Origin: Clostridia bacterium
Lineage (GTDB): Bacteria > Bacillota > Clostridia > UMGS1883
Assembly: GCA_017547445.1 (NCBI GenBank)
Contig: JAFYPR010000011.1
Location: 1 to 38,444, forward strand
Direction of reading: 5' to 3'
Length of the DNA stretch: 38,444 nucleotides
This document shows, piece after piece, positions 18,069-26,834 of the stretch (positions within the stretch are counted from its first letter, which is position 1; every line of letters starts with the position of its first letter). The translations under genes were made by a program, and so were the position numbers. The notes under the pieces are model-generated. The model did not search any database and had not been told where the DNA came from. It saw only the letters and a list, made by a program, of their open reading frames with translations.

Positions 18069-20717
18069 GTGGAAAAACTTGGATTAAACGAAATCAGAGA
18101 GAGATACCTCAGCTTTTTTGAATCTAAGGGTCATCTCAGACTGCCGTCGTTCCCTCTTGTACCTCAGAACGATGACAGCTTATTACTTATAAATGCAGGT
18201 ATGGCTCCCTTGAAGCCTTACTTTGTCGGAAAGGAAATTCCCCCGAGAAATCGTGTTACAACCTGTCAGAAGTGTATCCGTACACCCGACATTGAGAGAG
18301 TTGGTAAGACTGCAAGACATGGTACATTCTTTGAAATGCTCGGCAACTTCTCTTTTGGCGACTACTTTAAGCATGAGGCAACAGCCTGGGCATGGGAATT
18401 TATCACAGAGGATTTAAAGCTTCCCAAGGACAAGCTCTGGGTAACTGTTTACGAGGATGACGATGAAGCTATTGATATCTGGGTAAACGAAGTTGGTGTT
18501 GAAAGAGAACGCATCAAGAGAATGGGTAAGGAAGACAACTTCTGGGAAATCGGTACAGGTCCCTGCGGTCCCTGTAGTGAAATCTACTTTGACCGTGGCG
18601 AAAAGGCAGGCTGCGGCAGACCTGATTGTGCTGTAGGCTGTGACTGTGACAGATTTGTTGAATTCTGGAACCTTGTATTTACACAGTTTGATAAGGACGA
18701 GGACGGTAACTACAATCGTCTGGCAAAGCCCAACATTGATACAGGTATGGGTCTTGAGAGAATTGCCGCAATCATGCAGGGCGTGCAGAACCTTTTTGAG
18801 GTTGATACTGTAAGAAATATTATGCTTGAAATCAGCAAGCTTGCAGGCGTTAACTATGGCGAAAACGAAAAGAGTGACGTTTCTTTACGTGTTATCACTG
18901 ACCATATCAGAAGTACAACATTCCTCGTTTGCGATGGCGTTGGTCCATCAAACGAAGGTAGAGGCTACGTGCTTCGCCGTCTTTTGAGACGTGCTGCAAG
19001 ACATGGCAGGCTCCTTGGTATAAAGGGTAACTTCCTTTACAATATCGCAGATACTGTTATTAACGAATCAAAGGATGCTTATCCTCAGCTTGAAGCAAAG
19101 AGAGACTATATCAAGAAGGTTATTCAGATTGAAGAAGCGAGATTTTCCGAAACTATCGACTCGGGTCTTTCAATCCTTGAAGAATATATTGCAGCCCTTG
19201 AAGAAAAGGGCGAAAAGCTTCTTGCAGGCAGCGATGCATTCCGTTTGTATGATACATACGGGTTCCCCATTGATCTCACGGCAGAAATCCTTACGGAAAA
19301 GGGTCTTGATGTTGACATGGATGCATTTGCAGCATGTATGAACGAACAGAAGAACCGTTCCCGTGAAAACAGAAACGTGGGCGAAGAGGCTGCATGGAGC
19401 GAAGACGTTTATATGCAGATTGGCAAGGAAGTATCCAGTGAATTTGTGGGATATGAAAACGAAAGTGCAGAGGGTAAGGTTATTGCAATCGTTAAGGATA
19501 ATGCCATTGCCCAAAGTCTTGCAGACGGAGAGAATGGTGTTGTAATCTTAGATAAGACAGCAATCTACGGCGAAAGTGGCGGTCAGAAGGGTGATACAGG
19601 CTTTATTACAGCTGACGGTGTAAAATTGGTTGTAAATGATGCAAAGAAGCTTGGCGACGGTAAAATCCTTCACTTTGTATATGTTGAAGAAGGCAGTATT
19701 AACGTAGGTGATACTGTTACAAGCACATATGACAAGGAAAGAAGAATGAATACTGCAAGAAACCATTCTGCTACACACCTTCTCCAGAAGGCATTGCAGG
19801 AGGTTGTTGGAAGTCATATTGAACAGGCGGGCAGCTTTGTTGACGATAAGAGACTTCGTTTTGACTTTACTCATTTTGAAGCTATCAGTTCTGAAGACCT
19901 TAAGAAGGTTGAAGCAAAGGTGAATGAAGCAATTATGGCTTCATACGACATTGACGTTAAGGTTATGCCCATAGATGAAGCTAAGAAGATGGGTGCTATG
20001 GCTCTCTTTGGCGAAAAGTACGGTGAAACAGTACGTGTTGTAAACATGGGCGGTTACTCTATTGAATTCTGTGGCGGTACTCACCTTAAGAATACTGCAC
20101 AGGCAGGTCTTTTCAAGCTTCTTAGCGAAGGCGGCGTTGCTGCAGGCGTAAGAAGAATTGAAGCTACAACAGGCAGAGGTGTACTTGAATACATTGCGGA
20201 AAAGGATGCAATTATTGCAGAAACTGCAGAAGTGCTCAAGACAAATCCTGCTGAAATTGTAAACAAGGCTGAAAGCATAACAGGCGAATTGAAGGCTATC
20301 CAGAAGAGCCTTGAGGAAGTTAAGGCGAAGATGGCATCGGCGGCTGCAAATGACCTTCTTACTTCCATCAAGCACGTAGGTGAGGTTGATGTGCTTACCG
20401 CTCAGCTTTCGGGTGTAAGTGCTGATGAGCTTAAGATGCTTACAGACAAGATGAAGGAAAAGTGTGAGTGCGGTGTTGCTGTGCTTGCTTCTGTAGATGC
20501 AGATAAGATTACTTTTGTTGCGGCAGCTACAAAGAAGGCGGTTTCAATGGGCGTTCACGCAGGTAATATTATTAAGGAAATCACAAAGGTTACTGACGGT
20601 CGAGGTGGCGGTAAGCCCGACATGGCACAGGGTGGCGGTAAGCTTGTTAATAAGGTTGACGACGCTCTTGCAATGGTTGACGATTTAGTAATTGCACAGT
20701 GTGGAGGTAACAAGTAA
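18069..20717 (+). CDS. alaS: Alanine--tRNA ligase
   Basis: NAGM, FEMLGNFSFGDYFK, DTGMGLER, editing motifs HSATH and CGGTH, C-terminal GGGKPDMAQGGG. GTG start after AAAGGAG. Confidence 0.98.
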   Translation: MEKLGLNEIRERYLSFFESKGHLRLPSFPLVPQNDDSLLLINAGMAPLKPYFVGKEIPPRNRVTTCQKCIRTPDIERVGKTARHGTFFEMLGNFSFGDYFKHEATAWAWEFITEDLKLPKDKLWVTVYEDDDEAIDIWVNEVGVERERIKRMGKEDNFWEIGTGPCGPCSEIYFDRGEKAGCGRPDCAVGCDCDRFVEFWNLVFTQFDKDEDGNYNRLAKPNIDTGMGLERIAAIMQGVQNLFEVDTVRNIMLEISKLAGVNYGENEKSDVSLRVITDHIRSTTFLVCDGVGPSNEGRGYVLRRLLRRAARHGRLLGIKGNFLYNIADTVINESKDAYPQLEAKRDYIKKVIQIEEARFSETIDSGLSILEEYIAALEEKGEKLLAGSDAFRLYDTYGFPIDLTAEILTEKGLDVDMDAFAACMNEQKNRSRENRNVGEEAAWSEDVYMQIGKEVSSEFVGYENESAEGKVIAIVKDNAIAQSLADGENGVVILDKTAIYGESGGQKGDTGFITADGVKLVVNDAKKLGDGKILHFVYVEEGSINVGDTVTSTYDKERRMNTARNHSATHLLQKALQEVVGSHIEQAGSFVDDKRLRFDFTHFEAISSEDLKKVEAKVNEAIMASYDIDVKVMPIDEAKKMGAMALFGEKYGETVRVVNMGGYSIEFCGGTHLKNTAQAGLFKLLSEGGVAAGVRRIEATTGRGVLEYIAEKDAIIAETAEVLKTNPAEIVNKAESITGELKAIQKSLEEVKAKMASAAANDLLTSIKHVGEVDVLTAQLSGVSADELKMLTDKMKEKCECGVAVLASVDADKITFVAAATKKAVSMGVHAGNIIKEITKVTDGRGGGKPDMAQGGGKLVNKVDDALAMVDDLVIAQCGGNK

Positions 20718-21058
20718 TGGATTGCCTTTTCTGTAAAATTATTGCGGGCGAAATTCCTTCCTCTAAGGTGTATGAGGACGAGTATGTTTATGCTTTTAAT
20801 GACATTTCTCCCGAGGCACCCGTTCACGTTCTGATTGTTCCTAAGGCACATATTGCTTCTGCAAATGATTTGACAGATGAAAATGCAGAGGTTGTTTCCG
20901 GAATTTTTCTTGCGGCAAAAAAGATTGCCGAGGAAAAGAATATCGCAGAAGGCGGATACAGAATCGTTAACAACTGCGGTGATGATGGCGGTCAGACAGT
21001 TAAGCATCTGCACTTCCACCTCTTAGGTGGTCGCTCTCTTAATTGGCCTCCCGGTTGA
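20717..21058 (+). CDS. Histidine triad (HIT/Hint) nucleotide-binding protein
   Basis: CLFCKI, HLHFH triad, WPPG C-terminus; TAATG coupling to alaS. Confidence 0.95.
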   Translation: MDCLFCKIIAGEIPSSKVYEDEYVYAFNDISPEAPVHVLIVPKAHIASANDLTDENAEVVSGIFLAAKKIAEEKNIAEGGYRIVNNCGDDGGQTVKHLHFHLLGGRSLNWPPG

Positions 21059-21093
21059 TTTAAAAAAAGTTTCAATTTATTGCAAATTTACTC

Positions 21094-21122
21094 TTGACAT
21101 ATTGACATGTTGAAAGTATAAT
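21094..21122 (+). promoter_or_regulatory. Consensus sigma-A promoter for rpsU
   Basis: Perfect TTGACA-17 bp-TATAAT with an AT-rich upstream region. Confidence 0.88.
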
Positions 21123-21186
21123 TTATTTGTCACTATATGCGGTTCTAACTCGTTCATACGGTAGAGTCGTGAGGGGAGGTACGAGA

Positions 21187-21363
21187 ATGTCTGAAATAAG
21201 AGTTAAGGATAATGAATCTTTAGATAGCGCTCTTAGGAGATTTAAGCGCTCCTGTGCGAAAGCCGGTGTTTTGTCCGAGGTTAGAAAGAGAGAACACTAT
21301 GAAAAGCCCAGCGTAAAGCGCAAGAAGAAGTCCGAAGCAGCAAGAAAAAGAAAGTTTAAGTAA
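21187..21363 (+). CDS. rpsU: 30S ribosomal protein bS21
   Basis: [12 protein letters not shown]...[14 protein letters not shown]; 58 aa from ATG 21187 after GGGAGG. Confidence 0.98.
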   Translation: MSEIRVKDNESLDSALRRFKRSCAKAGVLSEVRKREHYEKPSVKRKKKSEAARKRKFK

Positions 21364-21389
21364 TTAGATTTATTTTCCCTGCAAATGAC

Positions 21390-21424
21390 GAGCCATATTC
21401 CGAAAGGGATATGGCTCAATTTAT
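21390..21424 (+). terminator. Probable terminator after rpsU
   Basis: 12-bp stem GAGCCATATTCC-GAAA-GGGATATGGCTC (one G-U pair) followed by a weak U-tract AATTTATT. Confidence 0.7.
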
Positions 21425-21442
21425 TGTATAGGATTAGTCATT

Positions 21443-21925
21443 ATGTGTGATTTTAAAATAAGAACAATGAAAATGTCGGAATTTAATACTGTTGCAAGGC
21501 TTATTTATGACAGTGTGCACACCCTTTGTGTAAATGAGTATACCCCCGAACAGCTTGATGCATGGGTGCCGAAGGATTTGTATATGCCTTCCTTCCGCCG
21601 TTCGCTCTTTCGCACTTACGCCATTGTGGCGGTGGAGGGGAAAGAGATTATCGGCTTTATGTCAACTGAAAGAGACGGTTATGTAAACAGGCTTTATACC
21701 CATCCTTCCCGGGTAAACAAGGGGGTTGCTACCGCTCTTCTGGAAAATACGGAAAGCTGGGCAAAAGCGCATGGCGTGAGAAGTCTTGTGCTTGAATCAA
21801 GCAAGAGTGCTGAGGGTTTTTACCGTAAAAACGGGTTCGAGAAAATCGGGGAAATACGCAGTCTTAAAAACGATATTGAGTTTATCAGTGCAAAAATGAA
21901 AAAGGAGCTGAGAAATTGTGGTTAA
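21443..21925 (+). CDS. GNAT family N-acetyltransferase (YafP-like)
   Basis: YTPEQLDAW, motif A LYTHP...KGVATALL, motif B FYRKNGF. Confidence 0.9.
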   Translation: MCDFKIRTMKMSEFNTVARLIYDSVHTLCVNEYTPEQLDAWVPKDLYMPSFRRSLFRTYAIVAVEGKEIIGFMSTERDGYVNRLYTHPSRVNKGVATALLENTESWAKAHGVRSLVLESSKSAEGFYRKNGFEKIGEIRSLKNDIEFISAKMKKELRNCG

Positions 21926-22592
21926 GCTGGGAAATGATTGGGATAATATTATTGGAGAGGAATTTGAAAAGGAATATTATCTTAAACTGAGAGCTTTTTT
22001 GAAAGGTGAATATGCAAACTATACTGTTTATCCCGATATGTATGAGCTGTTTTCGGCACTGAAGGTAACAGGGTACGCTGACACCAAGGTTGTAATATTA
22101 GGTCAGGACCCTTATCATGAACCCAATCAGGCGCATGGTATGTGCTTTTCCGTAAAGCCGGGAGTACAGACGCCTCCGTCGCTTTTGAATATGTATAAGG
22201 AAATCCGCGACGAATTTGGGTTTGAAATTCCCAATAACGGATATCTTATGCCCTGGGCAGAACAGGGTGTGCTTCTTTTAAATGCGGTTTTAACTGTAAG
22301 AGAGGGGCAGGCGGGAAGCCATGCAAACAAGGGATGGGAAATCTTTACCGACAGTGTCATAAAGGCACTTAATAAAAGGGAAGACCCTGTGGTATTTTTG
22401 CTTTGGGGTAATTATGCAAGAAAAAAATCAGAATTCATTGATAAAAGCCGTCATTTTGTCCTTGAGGCGGCACATCCGAGTCCTCTTTCGGCTTCACGTG
22501 GCTTTATGGGGTGCGGGCATTTCAAAATGGCGAATGAAATTCTTGTAAAACTTGTAAAAACTCCTATTGACTGGAGAATACAAAATATATAA
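21918..22592 (+). CDS. ung: Uracil-DNA glycosylase (family 1)
   Basis: GQDPYH, PPSL, GVLLLN, HPSPLS, PIDW. Confidence 0.97.
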   Translation: MVKLGNDWDNIIGEEFEKEYYLKLRAFLKGEYANYTVYPDMYELFSALKVTGYADTKVVILGQDPYHEPNQAHGMCFSVKPGVQTPPSLLNMYKEIRDEFGFEIPNNGYLMPWAEQGVLLLNAVLTVREGQAGSHANKGWEIFTDSVIKALNKREDPVVFLLWGNYARKKSEFIDKSRHFVLEAAHPSPLSASRGFMGCGHFKMANEILVKLVKTPIDWRIQNI

Positions 22593-22607
22593 ATTTCCAA
22601 ATACTAC

Positions 22608-22637
22608 TTGATTTATTTGGACAAGTTGTGATAAAAT
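22608..22637 (+). promoter_or_regulatory. Probable sigma-A promoter (extended -10) for the IscU-like/GGGtGRT pair
   Basis: TTGATT-18 bp-TAAAAT with TG at the extended -10 position. Confidence 0.55.
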
Positions 22638-22669
22638 ACCTGTATGAATTCTTGAAAGGAGAAGAGACT

Positions 22670-23362
22670 ATGAATTATTCACATGAAGTTGAGAATATGT
22701 GTGTGGTTAACAAGGGCGTAGGCCACGGTCCCGCACCTATTCCTCAGGAAGGCAAATGGACAGAGTCCAAGCAGATTACAGATATCTACGGTCTTACACA
22801 CGGTGTGGGCTGGTGTGCTCCCCAGCAGGGTGCATGTAAGCTTACTCTTAATGTTAAGGGCGGTATCATCGAGGAGGCCCTCGTTGAAACACTCGGTTGT
22901 TCCGGTATGACTCACTCTGCAGCTATGGCAGCAGAAGTTCTTCCCGGCAAGACAATCCTTGAAGCTCTTAACACAGACCTTGTTTGCGATGCTATCAACA
23001 CAGCAATGCGCGAACTTTTCCTCCAGATTGTTTACGGCAGAACTCAGACAGCTTTCTCCGAAGATGGTCTTCCCATCGGTGCAGGTCTTGAAGACCTCGG
23101 TAAGGGTCTCAGAAGCCAGGTTGGTACACTTTACTCCACAAAGGCTAAGGGCCCCAGATACCTTGAACTCGCTGAAGGTTATATCACAAGAATCGGTCTT
23201 GACGAAGAAGGTCTTACTTGTGGTTATGAATTCGTTCACCTTGGAAAGATGATGGAAAATATCCGTAAGGGTATGGATGCTAACGAAGCTCTCGCAAAGG
23301 CTAAGGGTAGCTACGGCAGATTCGATGAAGCTGCTAAGTACATCGATCCCCGTGTAGAATAA
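22670..23362 (+). CDS. IscU/NifU-N-like protein with C-terminal extension, partner of the GGGtGRT protein
   Basis: GWCAPQQGACKLTL...GCSGMTHSA...LVCDA follows IscU Cys spacing. ATG 22670 after AAAGGAG. Confidence 0.8.
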   Translation: MNYSHEVENMCVVNKGVGHGPAPIPQEGKWTESKQITDIYGLTHGVGWCAPQQGACKLTLNVKGGIIEEALVETLGCSGMTHSAAMAAEVLPGKTILEALNTDLVCDAINTAMRELFLQIVYGRTQTAFSEDGLPIGAGLEDLGKGLRSQVGTLYSTKAKGPRYLELAEGYITRIGLDEEGLTCGYEFVHLGKMMENIRKGMDANEALAKAKGSYGRFDEAAKYIDPRVE

Positions 23363-23379
23363 GAAAGGAGGAAATTAAA

Positions 23380-24378
23380 ATGGCATTATTTGAAAGTTAT
23401 GAAAGAAGAATAAATCAGATTATTCCCGTTCTTGAAAAGTACGGTATTTCCTCCCTTGAGGAAGCAGAACAGATTTGTAAGGACAAGGGTATCGACGTAT
23501 ACAACCTTGTTAAGGGCATTCAGCCTATCTGTTTTGAAAACACATGCTGGGCATATATTACAGGTACAGCTATCGCAATCAAGAAGGGTTGCACAAAGGC
23601 GGCTGACGCAGCAGAAGCTATCGGTGAAGGTCTTCAGTCCTTCTGTATCCCCGGCAGCGTTGCTGACGACAGAAAAGTAGGTATCGGTCACGGTAATTTG
23701 GCTGCAATGCTTCTTCGCGAAGAAACAAAGTGCTTTGCATTCCTTGCAGGTCACGAATCCTTCGCAGCAGCTGAAGGCGCTATCGGTATTGCTAAGAGTG
23801 CTAATAAGGTACGTCAGCAGCCTCTCCAGGTTATCCTTAACGGTCTTGGTAAGGATGCTGCTCAGATTATCTCCAGAATCAACGGTTTCACATATGTTGA
23901 AACAAAGTTTGATTATATGACAGGTAAGGTTAACGTAGTATTTGAAAAGGCTTATTCCACAGGCGAAAAGAGCAAGGTTCGTTGCTACGGTGCTGATGAC
24001 GTTCGTGAAGGCGTTGCTATCATGCATCTTGAAGATGTAGACGTTTCCATCACAGGTAACTCTACTAACCCCACACGTTTCCAGCATCCTGTTGCAGGCA
24101 CATATAAGAAGGAATGTATCGAAAAGGGTAAGAAGTACTTCTCCGTTGCTTCCGGTGGCGGTACAGGTCGTACACTTCACCCCGATAACATGGCTGCAGG
24201 TCCCGCTTCCTACGGTATGACAGATACAATGGGCAGAATGCACTCTGACGCTCAGTTTGCAGGTTCTTCCTCTGTACCCGCTCACGTAGAAATGATGGGC
24301 TTGATGGGCGCAGGTAACAACCCCATGGTTGGTATGACTGTTGCATGTGCAGTTGCAGTTGAAGAAGCAAGCAAGTAA
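23380..24378 (+). CDS. GGGtGRT family protein (function unknown)
   Basis: Family-naming motif SGGGTGRTLHPDN; also FLAGHESFAAAEGAI and GNSTNP. Strong AAGGAGG SD. Confidence 0.92.
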   Translation: MALFESYERRINQIIPVLEKYGISSLEEAEQICKDKGIDVYNLVKGIQPICFENTCWAYITGTAIAIKKGCTKAADAAEAIGEGLQSFCIPGSVADDRKVGIGHGNLAAMLLREETKCFAFLAGHESFAAAEGAIGIAKSANKVRQQPLQVILNGLGKDAAQIISRINGFTYVETKFDYMTGKVNVVFEKAYSTGEKSKVRCYGADDVREGVAIMHLEDVDVSITGNSTNPTRFQHPVAGTYKKECIEKGKKYFSVASGGGTGRTLHPDNMAAGPASYGMTDTMGRMHSDAQFAGSSSVPAHVEMMGLMGAGNNPMVGMTVACAVAVEEASK

Positions 24379-24384
24379 TTTAAT

Positions 24385-24422
24385 ACACAAAAAGAGGACG
24401 GGAAACTGTCCTCTTTTTGTGT
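24385..24422 (+). terminator. Intrinsic terminator after the GGGtGRT gene (bidirectional form)
   Basis: 15-bp perfect arms ACACAAAAAGAGGAC / GTCCTCTTTTTGTGT around GG-GAAA-CT. Confidence 0.9.
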
Positions 24423-24461
24423 GTAAAATGTCACAAAACTACAATATATTGAGCTTTTTCA

Positions 24462-24490
24462 TTGACAACGATAGGCTAAAGTGGTAAAAT
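24462..24490 (+). promoter_or_regulatory. Sigma-A promoter (extended -10) for the polysaccharide locus
   Basis: TTGACA-17 bp-TAAAAT with TG at the extended -10 position. Confidence 0.8.
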
Positions 24491-24553
24491 AAATACAAGT
24501 ATGGGTTAGTGTGCCCTTTTTCAGAATTTTCTCGGAGTGAAGGGGGAACAGAT

Positions 24554-25537
24554 ATGACTATTGTAGTAACAGGCGGTGCCGGGTTTATAGGTTCAAATTT
24601 CATATTCTACATCATGAAAAAATATCCTGATTACAGGGTTGTTTGCCTTGATAAACTCACATATGCAGGCAATATTTCAACACTTAAGCCTGTGGAGGAC
24701 AAGCCGAATTTCACCTTTGTAAAGATGGATATCTGTGACAGAGGAGCAGTATATAAGCTGTTTGAAGAAGAGAAGCCCGATGTGGTTATTAACTTTGCGG
24801 CAGAAAGTCATGTTGACCGTTCAATCGAAAATCCTGAAATTTTTCTGGCAACAAATATTAAAGGGACATTAGTTCTGATGGACGCATGTCTTGAATACGG
24901 CGTTAAAAGGTTTCATCAGGTATCTACCGATGAGGTTTACGGTGACCTTCCTTTGGATCATCCCGAGCTTTTATTTACTGAAGATATGCCGCTTAAACCA
25001 TCTTCGCCTTATTCGTCAAGTAAAGCGGGTGCTGATTTACTGGCTCTGGCGTATTACAGGACATATAATCTGCCTGTGACGATTTCGCGGTGCTCAAATA
25101 ATTACGGACCGTATCATTTTCCCGAGAAGCTTATACCGCTTGCAATTATGAATGCGACAGGCGGGAAGAATATCCCTGTTTACGGTGAGGGTAAAAATGT
25201 TCGTGACTGGTTGTATGTGGAGGACCATTGTAAGGCTCTTGATCTTGTAATCCATAAAGGCAGACTTGGTGAGGTTTATAATATAGGCGGCCGCAGCGAA
25301 AAAAGCAACATTGATGTTGTTAAAACCATATGTAAATGCCTTGGTAAGGACGAAAGTCTTATTACATATGTTGCCGACAGAAAAGGGCACGATATGCGAT
25401 ATGGTATAGATTTTTCTAAAATTTCCCACGAGTTGGGATGGGTTCCCGAGGTTAAGTTTGATGATGGTATTAAAAAGACTGTACAGTGGTATCTGGAGAA
25501 CAGAGACTGGTGGGAACAATTGTCAGTAGTTGAATAA
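24554..25537 (+). CDS. rfbB: dTDP-glucose 4,6-dehydratase
   Basis: [43 protein letters not shown] 24554 after AGGGGG. Confidence 0.95.
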   Translation: MTIVVTGGAGFIGSNFIFYIMKKYPDYRVVCLDKLTYAGNISTLKPVEDKPNFTFVKMDICDRGAVYKLFEEEKPDVVINFAAESHVDRSIENPEIFLATNIKGTLVLMDACLEYGVKRFHQVSTDEVYGDLPLDHPELLFTEDMPLKPSSPYSSSKAGADLLALAYYRTYNLPVTISRCSNNYGPYHFPEKLIPLAIMNATGGKNIPVYGEGKNVRDWLYVEDHCKALDLVIHKGRLGEVYNIGGRSEKSNIDVVKTICKCLGKDESLITYVADRKGHDMRYGIDFSKISHELGWVPEVKFDDGIKKTVQWYLENRDWWEQLSVVE

Positions 25538-25574
25538 ATTAAGTTTAAATATATTTAGTACGGAGGAGATTGTC

Positions 25575-26816
25575 ATGAAAAAATACAAAATAGCAGTTGC
25601 AGGTACAGGGTATGTAGGCTTATCCATTGCCACGCTTTTAGCACAGAATCATACTGTTACAGCGGTGGATATCATTCCCGAAAAGGTTGAGATGATTAAC
25701 AATCGTAAATCGCCTATTCAGGATGATTATATCGAAAAGTACCTTGCAGAAAAGGATTTGGACCTTACTGCAACTCTTGACGCTAAGAGTGCTTACGAAA
25801 ACGCAGATTTTGTTGTCATTGCGGCACCTACAAATTACGATTCAAAGAAGAATTTCTTTGATACAAGCGCAGTTGAAGCTGTTATCGGGCTTGTTATGGA
25901 GTATAATCCCGAGGCAATTATGGTTATCAAGTCCACAATTCCCGTAGGCTATACAGAATCAGTCCGTGAAAGAATGGGTTGCCGTAATATTATGTTCAGT
26001 CCTGAATTTTTAAGAGAATCAAAGGCTTTGTATGATAATCTTTATCCTTCAAGAATTATTGTTGGTACAGATATGAAGGATGAACGTCTTGTTAATGCTG
26101 CCCATGAGTTTGCCGCTCTTTTACAGGAGGGCGCAATCAAAGAAGATGTTGATACTCTCTTTATGGGCTTTACCGAAGCCGAAGCAGTTAAGCTTTTTGC
26201 CAACACATACCTTGCATTGAGAGTTTCTTACTTTAACGAGCTTGATACATATGCTGAAATGAAGGGCTTGAATACTCAACAGATTATTGACGGTGTATGT
26301 CTTGATCCGAGAATTGGCTCACATTATAATAACCCTTCCTTTGGTTACGGCGGTTACTGTCTGCCTAAGGATACAAAGCAGCTTCTTGCAAATTATCAGG
26401 ATGTGCCTCAGAACATGATGAGCGCAATTGTTGAAAGTAACAGAACAAGAAAAGACTTTATTGCTGACCGCATTCTTGAAATGGCGGGTGCATACGGCGC
26501 AAATGATTCCTGGGACAAAGATAAGGAAAAGGAAGTTACAATCGGCGTTTACCGTCTTACTATGAAGTCCAATTCCGATAACTTCCGTCAGAGCAGTATT
26601 CAGGGTGTTATGAAGAGAGTAAAGGCAAAGGGTGCCAATATTGTGATTTATGAGCCCACATTAGAGGACGGAAGCACATTCTTCGGAAGCAGGGTTGTAA
26701 ACGACCTTGAAGAATTTAAGAAAATCAGCGGTGCGATTATCGCAAACAGATATGACTCTATCCTTGACGATGTGGCGGATAAGGTTTATACAAGAGACGT
26801 ATTCAGAAGAGACTGA
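25575..26816 (+). CDS. ugd: UDP-glucose 6-dehydrogenase
   Basis: [29 protein letters not shown], catalytic [11 protein letters not shown] 25575 after GGAGG. Confidence 0.93.
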   Translation: MKKYKIAVAGTGYVGLSIATLLAQNHTVTAVDIIPEKVEMINNRKSPIQDDYIEKYLAEKDLDLTATLDAKSAYENADFVVIAAPTNYDSKKNFFDTSAVEAVIGLVMEYNPEAIMVIKSTIPVGYTESVRERMGCRNIMFSPEFLRESKALYDNLYPSRIIVGTDMKDERLVNAAHEFAALLQEGAIKEDVDTLFMGFTEAEAVKLFANTYLALRVSYFNELDTYAEMKGLNTQQIIDGVCLDPRIGSHYNNPSFGYGGYCLPKDTKQLLANYQDVPQNMMSAIVESNRTRKDFIADRILEMAGAYGANDSWDKDKEKEVTIGVYRLTMKSNSDNFRQSSIQGVMKRVKAKGANIVIYEPTLEDGSTFFGSRVVNDLEEFKKISGAIIANRYDSILDDVADKVYTRDVFRRD

Positions 26817-26834
26817 TCGTTTGGTGGTAAAGAT

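Noticed and set aside
21094-21117. CtsR box at the rpsU promoter
   Set aside because: CtsR heptad repeats have a 10-bp period; this repeat has an 8-bp period.
21127-21186. N-terminal extensions in the ORF track (rpsU 21127; also 4472, 22628, 24509, 25530, 37995)
   Set aside because: Downstream starts have clear SD sequences and match family N-termini; several extensions overlap promoters or upstream genes.
22542-22559. Tandem CTTGTAAAA x2 near the ung 3' end
   Set aside because: In frame, two copies only, no length change relative to typical Ung; most simply a Gly to Val substitution.
23386-24390. 334-aa minus-strand ORF covering the GGGtGRT gene (also 22679-23239 opposite its partner)
   Set aside because: In-register antisense shadow. 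Strong codon bias avoids TTA/CTA/TCA on the sense strand, removing antisense stops. No recognisable motifs.
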